The position numbers and the translations under genes are program-made. From Candidatus Omnitrophota bacterium (GTDB lineage Bacteria > Omnitrophota > Omnitrophia > Omnitrophales > Aquincolibacteriaceae), in the NCBI GenBank assembly GCA_003140935.1, contig PLLJ01000045.1, positions 2,767 to 66,766 of the forward strand: a stretch of 64,000 nucleotides of DNA. Direction: 5' to 3'. Numbering within the stretch: position 1 is the first letter of the stretch; every line of letters starts with the position of its first letter. The notes under the pieces are model-generated. The model saw only the letters and a program-made list of their open reading frames with translations. It was not told where the DNA came from and searched no databases. Below are positions 18,212 through 28,007 of the stretch, in pieces.

Positions 18212-19879
18212 TCATGCTTTTTTATCCTCATATTTTTTCCTCCACGCTTTTTCATCCTCATATTTTTTTAGCCATGCCTTTTCACCTTTACGCTGATAAT
18301 CAGGATCATACCAAATAACATAGGATGCGCTGACCCCCTTGATCTGGCCCTTCTTATGCTTCTGCAGGTCATAGACAAATACGATCTTTGGATCGAGAAA
18401 TAGATTGTGATAGATGACGTACCGGTCATCAGGCGTAAAGCTTCCGCTATAACCGGACGCTTTCTCCTCCGGAAGCCCTTGTCCGTCGTTGTGGAGCAAT
18501 AATTCTGTTCCCGCAACATGATCTTTCAGGACATATTTCCAATCGTAGGTTTCAAGAGCATACCTTCCATCGGTCGATCCCGTATAATCGGAAACGGTCG
18601 GAGGCCGGTAACACGAAAGCTTGTAGAAAAAGTCATCTTTTGTCATGGTGAGTGTCGAGATCTCATGAGTATCTCGATGATAGACCCATACGATATCCTG
18701 ATAAGGATCCACTTGAATGTAGAGCGAATTTCCGTCTTTTGACCACTGGATAGAACCCGCGAAAAGAGAAGGCATGTCTTTGCGCCACACCGCAAGCGTA
18801 CTGATTTCGATCAAATCCAATTCTGTCGCGGCCTCTTTCTTAAGATCACGATTTCTGAGACAAAAAACAACGCGATCGCCTGCGGGAGAAAATCCCATGG
18901 AGTCGAGGGTTTGCTCAACCGGGAAGGAAAAAAGCTCTTTTTCCTGGAGCGTTACGGTATCCAACAAGATCATCACCTCGCGGGCTTTTCCGGGGTCCCG
19001 GGTCCCCAAAAGCAGGTATTGGCCATCAGGAGAAAATTGAGGGTCCTCCGTCAACGGTTTCGAAAGCAAGACGCGAGGGTCCTTTCCGTTGAGCTTTACG
19101 GAAGACAAAAAACCGTGCGGGTCTTTATAGTAGAGACGAAGATCCGAATCGATCCAATCCGTATAAGGAATTTGGGCAAGGGTTTCTTGGGGCCTGCGGT
19201 TCGGATGAGGATTTGTTACGTAAAGAAAGACGGAATAGATAAGACACGCTAAAATCAAGATCCCATATGATAATAAATTGGCCCGGATGACCGCTTTTTT
19301 TACAACGCCGGCATTATGATCTTTAAAAAAAGTCCTTATGATCAAGAATTCAAGCGCCACGGAAATAAAATAGGCGGGAATGAAACCGATCCCAATAGTG
19401 AGCGCGATGGTCCATAACCCGTCGAGTCCCGTGGGGGGTATCCACGCCGGGAAGGACAGAGGATAAATTTTACTCAGGACGGTTGGATGATGGAGCAATG
19501 AGAGAGAAATGACCGCCATCCCCATCTGCACAGCGAACATACAAAGCCAAGCAAGTGGGATACCGGCGAGGGTCGACGCTAAATTCGCCCACAAGGAAGG
19601 AAACACCCCGGACCGGTATTTGATTTGAAGCACTCGGGCTAATACCATGGCTTCTATAAGCACGATAGGGATCAACGCGATAAACATGGCGGGATAGGTC
19701 ACAAAGATCAAAGGCAGGCCGGCATCCGCATAAGCCAGCGAGGGGCACAAGAACACCAAGAAGCCCATTAAAAAAAAGGTGCGGGAACGCCGGGGCTCAA
19801 CATGCCGGTATGGGATATTCCTTTTAAACTTTTCAGTTAGGATATTCTCATCCATGGTTTGTCTCCGAATTTTGTCCAT
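18212..19879 (-). CDS. Polytopic membrane protein with C-terminal beta-propeller (PD40/TolB-like repeats) and Lys-rich repeated tail
   Basis: Several N-terminal TM helices; FSPDGQYLLLG-type repeats; C-terminal KKYEDEKAWRKKYEDKKA. Confidence 0.6.
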   Translation of the reverse strand: MDKIRRQTMDENILTEKFKRNIPYRHVEPRRSRTFFLMGFLVFLCPSLAYADAGLPLIFVTYPAMFIALIPIVLIEAMVLARVLQIKYRSGVFPSLWANLASTLAGIPLAWLCMFAVQMGMAVISLSLLHHPTVLSKIYPLSFPAWIPPTGLDGLWTIALTIGIGFIPAYFISVALEFLIIRTFFKDHNAGVVKKAVIRANLLSYGILILACLIYSVFLYVTNPHPNRRPQETLAQIPYTDWIDSDLRLYYKDPHGFLSSVKLNGKDPRVLLSKPLTEDPQFSPDGQYLLLGTRDPGKAREVMILLDTVTLQEKELFSFPVEQTLDSMGFSPAGDRVVFCLRNRDLKKEAATELDLIEISTLAVWRKDMPSLFAGSIQWSKDGNSLYIQVDPYQDIVWVYHRDTHEISTLTMTKDDFFYKLSCYRPPTVSDYTGSTDGRYALETYDWKYVLKDHVAGTELLLHNDGQGLPEEKASGYSGSFTPDDRYVIYHNLFLDPKIVFVYDLQKHKKGQIKGVSASYVIWYDPDYQRKGEKAWLKKYEDEKAWRKKYEDKKA

Positions 19880-19891
19880 CAGGTTGCGTTT

Positions 19892-20539
19892 TTATTGTGT
19901 CCCGTGTCCCCGGGATTCTTCCCACCGTTCCATGATCCCGAGCACTTCCCGGTCCGGCACGTCGTACCAATGCCGGTAGACCTGCGCCACAGCGTGAAAA
20001 ACGACCGGCATCTCGAGCACCACGAGTTCGTCAACGGTCCGGGCGATCTCCGTCGCGACGTCTTCACCGGCCACGGGCGCCGCGACCACGATCTTTTTCG
20101 CGCGCTTGTTCCTGCAGAGCAGGATCGCGGCCCGCATCGTCGCCCCCATCGCGATCCCGTCGTCCACCAAGATCACGGTCCTGCCTTTAAGGTCCGGCAA
20201 CGGCTTTCCTTTGCGGAGCGTCTTGACCCTCCGGAGGATCTCGAGCTTCTGCGCTTCCTGGATCGCCTTCGTTTCTTTTTCCGGGACCCGTGAGGCGACG
20301 CGCTCGATCAAAAAAGTACTGCCGTCCTCGGCGATGGCGCCAAACCCCGACTCAGGGTCGTCGGGAAAAGGCAATTTCCGCGAGACCACCATGGAAAAAC
20401 GGGCGCCGAGAGACCGGGCGACGTAATACCCAACCTCCACCCCGCCTCGCGGAATTCCCAGGACCGTCACGCCCTTGTCTTTATATTTCTCAAGCGCCAG
20501 GGCCAGTTGCTCCCCGGCGTCCTTCCTGTCCTCGAACAT
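19892..20539 (-). CDS. Predicted phosphoribosyltransferase (PRT type I fold)
   Basis: ORF track 19892..20707. Likely start MFEDRKDAGEQLALAL at 20539. VILVDDGIAMGATMRAA PRPP-binding motif. Confidence 0.7.
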   Translation of the reverse strand: MFEDRKDAGEQLALALEKYKDKGVTVLGIPRGGVEVGYYVARSLGARFSMVVSRKLPFPDDPESGFGAIAEDGSTFLIERVASRVPEKETKAIQEAQKLEILRRVKTLRKGKPLPDLKGRTVILVDDGIAMGATMRAAILLCRNKRAKKIVVAAPVAGEDVATEIARTVDELVVLEMPVVFHAVAQVYRHWYDVPDREVLGIMERWEESRGHGTQ

Positions 20540-20555
20540 AGATCCGCATTCCTTG

Positions 20556-21209
20556 TTATTTTTTAAAATGTTGGACCAAACGAGCCCCCATCTCAAAAGC
20601 CCTCCGGCAATCTTGTGGAAAAATGTCTCTCCTGCGGGCCGCCTTTTGGACCGGATCAAAACGGGGCGCGACATATTTGGAATAATCATCAAATTGGAGC
20701 GTGTCATACACCTGCAAGGTCTCCGCAGGCCCGAGGACCCTTCCCATCATGGCGCCCGTCTCGTTAAAACTCTGGTCCCAGCCCAGCTGAATCGCCATCT
20801 CCTCCGTCGCGCCGAAGGCATAGAGGATCCCCACGCGTGTCTTTCCTGGAAAAAGCGACGCCGGCGGATCCGTGTACGTGTAAAAAGGAAAAACCAGCCG
20901 CTCGATCAAAGAGCGCATCGCGCCGGTCGCGCTGGCCAGGTACACCGGTGACCCCAAGAGAATCCCGCGGGCGGTCTCGATCTTCCGAAGGAACGGCGTC
21001 AGGTCATCCTCCATCGCGCACCGGCCGTAACTCTTTCCGCCTTTCAGCTTGCAGGAAAAACAACTGGTGCAGCCTTTATAATCCAGATCATAAAGGTGGA
21101 CCAGTTCCGTTTGGGCCCCGCACGAAGCCGCGCCTTCAAGCGCGCTCTTGAGTAACGTGGCCGTATTCCACTCTTTGCGGGGGCTCCCGTTGAACGCGAT
21201 GACATTCAT
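20556..21209 (-). CDS. NAD(P)H-dependent FMN reductase / iron-sulfur flavoprotein-like (flavodoxin fold)
   Basis: MNVIAFNGSPRK... with CTSCFSC cysteine cluster. Confidence 0.65.
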   Translation of the reverse strand: MNVIAFNGSPRKEWNTATLLKSALEGAASCGAQTELVHLYDLDYKGCTSCFSCKLKGGKSYGRCAMEDDLTPFLRKIETARGILLGSPVYLASATGAMRSLIERLVFPFYTYTDPPASLFPGKTRVGILYAFGATEEMAIQLGWDQSFNETGAMMGRVLGPAETLQVYDTLQFDDYSKYVAPRFDPVQKAARRRDIFPQDCRRAFEMGARLVQHFKK

Positions 21210-21667
21210 GACGGATCCTTTCGCGGTTGGAAATAATGCCGGTGATCTTTGATCCAGAGCAGGCCGCCCAGCAAAGCCTGGAAAGCCACGATCACATAGA
21301 CCGCTGAAGATATGATGAAACGGTTCGATCGGAGACGCTTTATTTGGTCTCTGTCGTTTGAGTTCGATTCCCTCAAATATGCCGCGGCGTCTTTCGTTCC
21401 TTTAAGTTGCGCTTCTGTTTTCTCGACAAAACCCTTGGCCGAAGGATTGTGCCGCAAGAGGTTCTTAAGTTCATAATCGATCCCTTCCCGGCCTTTCAAT
21501 TGATAAGCCAGCTCCAGTTTCTCATACCGTGTTTTCTCCAGATTGTAGTATTGCATTCTTTGCCATACGCCATAACGCATCATGAAATTCAAAGATAAGA
21601 GCAGTCCCGCCAGCACAACCCCCGCGATCTGCCGCCGTTTGAGTTTTATTTTAAGGATCCTTTTCAT
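21206..21667 (-). CDS. Small membrane protein, unknown
   Basis: Two predicted TM segments; 4-nt overlaps with neighbours. Confidence 0.45.
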   Translation of the reverse strand: MKRILKIKLKRRQIAGVVLAGLLLSLNFMMRYGVWQRMQYYNLEKTRYEKLELAYQLKGREGIDYELKNLLRHNPSAKGFVEKTEAQLKGTKDAAAYLRESNSNDRDQIKRLRSNRFIISSAVYVIVAFQALLGGLLWIKDHRHYFQPRKDPS

Positions 21668-22302
21668 TTCGAGCTCTCAGCATGATAGTTTTGGAATTTC
21701 CTCAGCCTGATAAAAAAGAACACGAGGCCGAGAAGCGTCGTGAAAATGGACAGGCCGATCAAGAAGTGTTGAAGGCCCGGCGAGAACTTAGCCCAATCTT
21801 TACCCGCGACGCCGCCGATCATGAAAAATGTCGCGGACCAGATCGTGCAGCCTAAAGAAGAAAGGACCACAAAATCAAAAATTTCGACCCCGAGCACCGC
21901 CGCCAAAGGACCCAGCAGATGCCGGATCACCGGAAGAAAGTAGCCGAACACAAGCCCCCACTTCCCCACCCACTTAAATGAAGAAACGAGGTATTCTTTT
22001 TTTTCACTCTCAGGATAAAAATAGCGGATGTGTTTTTTTGTGGCCGCGACACCGATGGCATGCACGATCCCATATCCCAGGACGGTCGCCGCGACGCCCC
22101 CTAAAATGATCGCAAGAAGCGCGAGGACAATGCTCAGCTTGCCCTGATAAGCCCGGTAGCCGGCATAGGCCAGAAATCCTTCCACGGGAAGCGGCAACCC
22201 GATCACTCCCAGGAACATCGAGAGGAATATCCCCGCATATTGATGCCTTATGGCAAAAGCTGAGACGGGCCCTAAAAATTTAAAATAATACTTGAGAGAC
22301 AT
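21664..22302 (-). CDS. DedA/SNARE-associated family membrane protein
   Basis: Typical DedA hydrophobic profile with GxxxG-rich helices. Confidence 0.7.
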   Translation of the reverse strand: MSLKYYFKFLGPVSAFAIRHQYAGIFLSMFLGVIGLPLPVEGFLAYAGYRAYQGKLSIVLALLAIILGGVAATVLGYGIVHAIGVAATKKHIRYFYPESEKKEYLVSSFKWVGKWGLVFGYFLPVIRHLLGPLAAVLGVEIFDFVVLSSLGCTIWSATFFMIGGVAGKDWAKFSPGLQHFLIGLSIFTTLLGLVFFFIRLRKFQNYHAESSK

Positions 22303-22337
22303 ATTTTTGAGATCCTTTGAGAAAATTAAGGATACAT

Positions 22338-23618
22338 TTATTTATTTTTTTCCAGAAAAGCCAGCACCTTCGGCAGGATCCGCCGGAAGGTCGTCAACAC
22401 CAGGGGGTCGAAAACAACGCCGTTCATCTCTTCGAGGTGTTCCATCGTCCTCTGCAAAGTCCACGCTTCCTTATAAGGACGGCGCGAGAGGAGGGAATCG
22501 AAGGCGTCGCACAGCGACACGATCCGGCCGATGAGCGGGATCTTCTCGCCCGCGAGCGCGTGCGGATAGCCGGAGCCGTTCCATCGTTCGTGGTGCGTGA
22601 CCGCGATCGTCTTCGCCATCCGCGCGAGCGCGCAGTCGCTTTGGGACAGGATCTCGGCGCCGATCGTGGTGTGCGTTTTCATGATCTCCCATTCGTCCGG
22701 GGTCAGCGGCCCGTGCTTGAGGAGGATGTGGTCCGGGATCCCGATCTTGCCGATGTCGTGCATGGCGCTCGCGTGAAGCAGGGACTCGCATTCGTCCTTC
22801 GGCAGCCGCAGGGCCTTCCCGACCATCGCGCAGATCTGGCTCATCCGCCGGATGTGCAGGCCGGTCGTCGTGTCGCGGTTCTCGGCGGCCGCGGCGAGGA
22901 CGTAGACGATCTCGCGCTGGGTCTTGTCGAGCTCCCGGGTCCGTTCGCGCACGAGTTCTTCCAGATGGTTCTTGTGGAGCTCGAGTTCCTGCGCCGTCTT
23001 GATGCGCCTCTCGATCTCCTTGCGCAGCCGCTGGGCGTTGAGATAGTCCAGCCGGACGTACGCCTCCATTTTGTAACAGGTGTACATCCCGAGCACGTTC
23101 CCCATCACGAGGTAGAAGAAGTTCTTCACGAGCATGCCATACGGGATCGGGTTGATGCCGATCACTACGATCCCGTAACCGAGGACGATCAGGACGCCGG
23201 TGATAGAACCGTAGATGAAGCGCGGCCGCATGACCACGTAGCCGTAGATGAAGATCACAAGCAGGCTCAGCGCGCTGACCGCGCTTTCCGCCTCCGGCAG
23301 GAAGGCGGTCCGGACGATCACGGAGAGCGCGGCGGCCAGAATGCCGGTGATGATCACGTAATCGAGATATTTATGAGGGTTCGGGAAAAAGGAGACGGCC
23401 CAGCACAGGAGCAGGATGGGGCAGACGATCGCGTACCGGACGAAAAGAAGCTGCGGAAGGATCGCGCGCGGCGCGACCCAAACGTCGATCACGCCGAAGA
23501 GCGCCCAAATGATCGCCCCGAGAAGCATGGACGCCCGCATGTCACGGAGGTGGCCCCGGAAATAGGATTCCAGGAACACGGGTTCCTCGGTTTTACTGAA
23601 AGATAGTCCGAAAGACAT
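22338..23618 (-). CDS. Membrane-anchored HD-GYP domain phosphodiesterase (c-di-GMP signalling)
   Basis: About 6 N-terminal TM helices, coiled coil, then HASAMHDIGKIGIP and HHERWNGSGYP (HD and GYP motifs). Confidence 0.8.
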   Translation of the reverse strand: MSFGLSFSKTEEPVFLESYFRGHLRDMRASMLLGAIIWALFGVIDVWVAPRAILPQLLFVRYAIVCPILLLCWAVSFFPNPHKYLDYVIITGILAAALSVIVRTAFLPEAESAVSALSLLVIFIYGYVVMRPRFIYGSITGVLIVLGYGIVVIGINPIPYGMLVKNFFYLVMGNVLGMYTCYKMEAYVRLDYLNAQRLRKEIERRIKTAQELELHKNHLEELVRERTRELDKTQREIVYVLAAAAENRDTTTGLHIRRMSQICAMVGKALRLPKDECESLLHASAMHDIGKIGIPDHILLKHGPLTPDEWEIMKTHTTIGAEILSQSDCALARMAKTIAVTHHERWNGSGYPHALAGEKIPLIGRIVSLCDAFDSLLSRRPYKEAWTLQRTMEHLEEMNGVVFDPLVLTTFRRILPKVLAFLEKNK

Positions 23619-23690
23619 CGGTTCGTCTCACCTCTTCGATAGGGATCGGTTTAGATGATGGCGAGAGCCTAACAACTTCTCCCGGAAAAA

Positions 23691-24563
23691 TCAATGCCTG
23701 GCTGAAGGCGGCATTCCGGGGCCGAAAGATCCAGTTTGGGCCGGGAATTTTTCAAAAAATATCTTTTTATCAAAATGGACGATGAGAGCCGCGATCAGGA
23801 TGAGCACGACCGTCTCAATGCATTTCGCGGCCTGCCCCATTTCGAGGAGCCCCTGGCAGTTGATCACGGCGTGGAACAGGACCGCCGGCAGGATATGGCC
23901 CTTATTCTTATACCATAACCAGTTGAGGATGAACGCCGCCGGCAGGATGCTCACGAAGAAGTTGAGAGCGAACCAAGGGTGGGTTAAAAGCGTGTGGTGA
24001 TAGTAATGATCGATCAAGAACAAGGGGATGTGCCAGAAAGCCCATAAGGCGGCGAAGATCCATGTCGCTTTGAAGAAAGTGCGTTCCCCGCGCAGGCTGT
24101 CCATGCCGTAACCTTTCCAGCCCAATTCCTCGGTCAAGGCAGCCCCGAAGAACATCACGGGAAGCGGAACAAACCCCGACGCATCATGAACGGTTCCGGC
24201 CATGCTGAGCTGGCCCAGGGACTGGCCGAAGAGGAGATGAGACAGGAACACCGAAAGGACCACCACAAGGGGCATGAGAAAAAAGACGGCCGGAAGGGTC
24301 GAGGGTTGGATCGATCTGAGATCAAAAAGCCGGTCCTGAAAATTCCGCTTGAGCCCGGCGTTCTTCGAAGCGAAGATCAGCCCCAGGGCCGCGCATAAAG
24401 GGCCGAAGAGTCCCGCGAGTTCGAGGACGGAAAGCCATGCCTTCGCCCCGCCGCCCGGCTGATAACTGAAATAAGCCGCCCCAAGCCAGGCGGCCCAGGT
24501 GATCAGATTGGCAATAAAGAAAAATTGAACCGGCTTGTAGACATAAGGTTTTTCCATAAGCAT
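23691..24563 (-). CDS. CPBP/CAAX-type intramembrane metalloprotease family protein
   Basis: TEELGWKGY (EExxxR-like), FWHIP, and HAVIN motifs in TM helices. Confidence 0.7.
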   Translation of the reverse strand: MLMEKPYVYKPVQFFFIANLITWAAWLGAAYFSYQPGGGAKAWLSVLELAGLFGPLCAALGLIFASKNAGLKRNFQDRLFDLRSIQPSTLPAVFFLMPLVVVLSVFLSHLLFGQSLGQLSMAGTVHDASGFVPLPVMFFGAALTEELGWKGYGMDSLRGERTFFKATWIFAALWAFWHIPLFLIDHYYHHTLLTHPWFALNFFVSILPAAFILNWLWYKNKGHILPAVLFHAVINCQGLLEMGQAAKCIETVVLILIAALIVHFDKKIFFEKFPAQTGSFGPGMPPSARH

Positions 24564-24700
24564 CTCCGGGCCCGGCTCATCTATGTTTTACGTGTCCCGT
24601 GCGAAAACGAGAACCCCAAGTTCCCGTGAGCCCGCCGAAAACATGGATTTCCGTCCGGGATGCTTCATGAGCGCCTTCGCTTCGCCCCGGTCCTGCTTTT

Positions 24701-24916
24701 TTATGCCCGCTGCGGGTTCATCAACTTAAACCAGGGACATCGCTTGACGCAAAATAGCAAACCCCTGCCCTTCGCTTTGGAACAACCCGCTTTGTCCAGA
24801 GAAGACGCGACTTCCCAGCATTTCCTGCCCGTTGACGGAAAGGCGGCGCATTGGATCTTGGTGGCTCTCGGGCAATCCCAGAATTCCCAGCAGTTCTGCG
24901 GTCTCGGATCCGTCAT
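24701..24916 (-). CDS. Small cysteine-rich protein (71 aa) with two CWE motifs, resembling a two-CW-type domain
   Basis: MTDPRPQNCWEFWDCP...KCWEVAS...GC...FCVKRC: 8 Cys. GGGGAAAAAGG RBS-like stretch about 8 nt upstream of the ATG. Confidence 0.45.
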   Translation of the reverse strand: MTDPRPQNCWEFWDCPRATKIQCAAFPSTGRKCWEVASSLDKAGCSKAKGRGLLFCVKRCPWFKLMNPQRA

Positions 24917-25199
24917 AGACCTTTTTCCCCTTTCTGCTTTTTGTCGAACGGTCCCATTTTCTCTTTCTTATTTTGACCGCCTTCGCGGAACCCCTTTATC
25001 AAATAGTAACACTATTTTACGAAGATAGGACGAAGAACAAAGCGTTTTGAGGATGAGTCGAACGGTGCTGTCCAACTTTGGGCTCTATATCCTATCCGCC
25101 AAATTTCGCGGACGGATCCGTCCACGCCGTGTGGCGGATAGGGTATAGGGTTTGTCACTCATTCCGGGGTATTGCGCTCGCTTTACGGAATCCCCTCTA

Positions 25200-25300
25200 C
25201 GTTTTCGATGGAATCCCCGGAGTGCCGGGCCCCGTTCTACTGATCTTGATATTTTATAAGCGCCAGGGCCAGTTGTCGCCCGGTATCTTTTCTGTCCTTG
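25200..25300 (-). pseudogene. Duplicated 5' fragment of the phosphoribosyltransferase gene (first ~21 codons plus ~40 nt of upstream similarity), truncated by stops
   Basis: Reverse complement of 25238..25300 translates MFKDRKDTGRQLALALIKYQDQ* versus the true gene MFEDRKDAGEQLALALEKYKDK. About 70% nt identity to 20445..20545. Confidence 0.6.
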
Positions 25301-25375
25301 AACATAACCCCGAGTCCCGAATCCCGAGTCCCTGTATTATTGTGTCTCGCGTCCCGAGTTGCGAGTCCCCCGCTT

Positions 25376-26080
25376 TTATTGCTCCGCTTTCATGGGAACA
25401 AAAATGACGGGGAGCAGGGACTCCCTCTCAAAACCCGTATCCGTTCGTGTAATGCGGACGAGCTCCTGGGAAGAACCTCCCACGGGAATCACCATCCGCC
25501 CTCCGACCTTCAACTGCTCCAGCAATGCTTCCGGGACTTCGGTGGGCGCCGCCGTGACCAGGATCACATCGAACGGCGCATGTTGGGGCCATCCCTGATT
25601 GCCGTCCCCCCATTTGACTTCTACGTTGTTGTATCCGAGCTGTGTCAATTTCTGGGTCGCCGCATCCGCAAGTTCTCTTATGATTTCCACACTATAAACT
25701 TCTTTGGCGAGCTCGCCAAGGATGGCGGCTTGATATCCCGAGCCTGTTCCGATCTCAAGCACGCGGTCCTCCGGTCCGACAAGGCCTTTCTCCGTCATGT
25801 AGGCCACGATATAGGGTTGCGAGATCGTCTGCCCGCGGCCGATCGGGAGAGGCTGGTCCGCGTAAGCCGCGCCGCGAAGAAGCGCCGGAACGAACAAATG
25901 GCGCGGGACCTTCCGCATGGCGTTGAGCGTTCTTTGATCGCGGACGCCGCGCAGGACGATCTGTTCGTCCACCATCTTTTGCCGCGCCGAGACGAACGCG
26001 TTCTCTTCCGCTAAGACCGGTCGCGGCAAAAGCGATGCTGTAAAACAAGCCAGATAAAAGATCTTTGCTGTGCTTATCAT
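25376..26080 (-). CDS. pcm: Protein-L-isoaspartate O-methyltransferase with signal peptide
   Basis: TISQPYIVAYM, LEIGTGSGYQAA SAM-binding motif. Confidence 0.85.
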   Translation of the reverse strand: MISTAKIFYLACFTASLLPRPVLAEENAFVSARQKMVDEQIVLRGVRDQRTLNAMRKVPRHLFVPALLRGAAYADQPLPIGRGQTISQPYIVAYMTEKGLVGPEDRVLEIGTGSGYQAAILGELAKEVYSVEIIRELADAATQKLTQLGYNNVEVKWGDGNQGWPQHAPFDVILVTAAPTEVPEALLEQLKVGGRMVIPVGGSSQELVRITRTDTGFERESLLPVIFVPMKAEQ

Positions 26081-26169
26081 GACCCCCGCTCCCCCGCGTC
26101 TTTTTCAGGGAAAAATGCGCCGCGTAAAAAAGGGTATCGCCGTACGCGGCGTCCACGCTGTTTGTTTTG

Positions 26170-27036
26170 TTATAGGTTAATGTTCAGAAAGGCCCGCACG
26201 CCGAGCCCGATCAGAAAAGAAAGGCCGGCGACGCCGAGCGAGATCGAGACCATCTCGACGAACCGTTTGCGGAAATCCAGGCCCTTGGCGACCGAGATGT
26301 AGAAGGTAAACGCAAAGATGATCACCACCGCGGTCACGAGCATCACGGCAAGGGAAACGAGGAGCTCTTTCGATAAAAGATAGGGCAGGACCAGCAGGGT
26401 CACGGTCAGGAGATAGGCGATGCCCGTATAGACCGAGGCCTTGACCGGGTCCTTGCCTTCGCTCTCCGAGCGCGTGGAAAGGAATTCCGAAGCCGCCATG
26501 GATAAAGAAGCGGCGATCCCCGTAATGGCGCCGGCCGTCGCCACGAGCTTGGCGCTCCCCAGCGCGAAGGTGAACCCCGCGAGCGCGCCGGTCAGTTCCA
26601 CCAGCGCGTCGTTCAGTCCCAGCACGATCGAACCCACGTACTTCAAACGCTCCTCGTCGATCATCTCCAGGAGCCGGTGTTCATGCCCCTCTTCGTCGGC
26701 GACGATCCCGGAAGCCTCCGCCACGCTGAGACTCATCAACGCGTAGGCCTCCTGGGCGTCCGCCTCCCCGCCCTCCATGAGCTTGAGACCGAACGTGAGG
26801 CCGAGCACGCGCGCGATAAGGAAATATTTCCATACCGTGGCGCGGTCGGGCAAAAGGTCCCGGCCCGTGTGCTTCTTCCAGATCTCATAATGGCGGAGCT
26901 CGTCGGCGGCGATCTTTTCCAGGACCTCTTTATTTTTCGCGCTTTTTTCGATCGAGGCCAGCTTGAGATAGATGAAATGCTCCGTGATCTCGTTTTTCTG
27001 GAAAGCCAGAATTTTTTCCATGACCGTGTGACTCAT
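26170..27036 (-). CDS. VIT1/CCC1-family iron transporter with N-terminal ferritin/rubrerythrin-like domain
   Basis: N-terminal ELRHYEIW...EEGHEHRL metal-binding helices, followed by 5 TM helices typical of VIT1. Confidence 0.7.
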   Translation of the reverse strand: MSHTVMEKILAFQKNEITEHFIYLKLASIEKSAKNKEVLEKIAADELRHYEIWKKHTGRDLLPDRATVWKYFLIARVLGLTFGLKLMEGGEADAQEAYALMSLSVAEASGIVADEEGHEHRLLEMIDEERLKYVGSIVLGLNDALVELTGALAGFTFALGSAKLVATAGAITGIAASLSMAASEFLSTRSESEGKDPVKASVYTGIAYLLTVTLLVLPYLLSKELLVSLAVMLVTAVVIIFAFTFYISVAKGLDFRKRFVEMVSISLGVAGLSFLIGLGVRAFLNINL

Positions 27037-27143
27037 CGCGTTCTCCTGTTCCCGGACATCATCCCGCGTTCCTTTTTTGAAAAAATACGCCGCTTAAGCT
27101 GAAACCACGTTCCATTTTAGAGGAAGGATGGAATGAAGTCCTC

Positions 27144-28007
27144 TCAATTTTCACTTCTCAAATATCTCAGCCACTCACTTTCCAGATCTTCGACGCTGCT
27201 GATACGGGTTGAATAAGCAAAACTCAGGGCTTCTTCCAGACTCTTTCCATCGCGCAGTTGCCTGCAAAATTCGGTAAAACTGTCTGCGCCGTAATGGGCT
27301 ATTAAAAATCCCACTAAAGAAACCGCTTCTACGTAAAAGATGTCGACCACCTCTTTGCCGTTTAAGGACAGCAAGGTCCTTTTTCCGTCTTGATCGCGTA
27401 TGGAATGAATGGCCACTCTGTTATTGCCGCTGACTTTGCGGATATCCAGGTTCACCACATCGGCCACGGAAAAGAATCTGCCGTTCTTTAAAAGATACTG
27501 GCTGACAACCTTGACCCGTTCTCTTTTAAGCGGTTCCGCCCACTGGGCGACGCCTTCATCCAACCAAGTGGCCACTTCACCTTTAAAGCCCACGAAATCC
27601 CTGAAAATAAGATGCGCCATTTCGTGCGGCAGGAGCGTATCTAAAAACCCCTCCCCATGGGCATAGCTAATGATCCGCTTGTTCCTGTAATCAGCCATCC
27701 CCTCGGACCAGCCGGGCTGATTTGATACTTTCTGATACGTTTGACGATCAGGATAAATATAGATCTTGACCCGATGTTCCCAGGTCCAGAATGCTGAATA
27801 GCGGGGATATCCCAGATCCGAAGCGATCTGAACATAATAAGCCTCGGCCTTATTCAAAACCTCTTGGGCGAATTCTTTATCCTGGGTGAAATAGACCATG
27901 AAGTGTTCGCCTTCTGCTTCTTGCCAATCCTGGGCAAAACATGCCGTCACACCATTGAAAAAACAAAGAATGATAATTACGCCCCGGGTCAGAGATCGAG
28001 TCATCAT
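27144..28007 (-). CDS. Secreted zinc metallopeptidase-like protein (HExxH)
   Basis: ORF track 27144..28151. Likely start MMTRSLTRGVIIILCFF (signal) at 28007. LPHEMAHLIF motif. Confidence 0.6.
   Translation of the reverse strand: MMTRSLTRGVIIILCFFNGVTACFAQDWQEAEGEHFMVYFTQDKEFAQEVLNKAEAYYVQIASDLGYPRYSAFWTWEHRVKIYIYPDRQTYQKVSNQPGWSEGMADYRNKRIISYAHGEGFLDTLLPHEMAHLIFRDFVGFKGEVATWLDEGVAQWAEPLKRERVKVVSQYLLKNGRFFSVADVVNLDIRKVSGNNRVAIHSIRDQDGKRTLLSLNGKEVVDIFYVEAVSLVGFLIAHYGADSFTEFCRQLRDGKSLEEALSFAYSTRISSVEDLESEWLRYLRSEN

Noticed and set aside
26081-26169. Hairpin cgccgcgta...tacgcggcg between pcm and the VIT gene as a terminator
   Set aside because: The T-run falls inside the loop rather than after the stem on the relevant strand, so it is too ambiguous to call.
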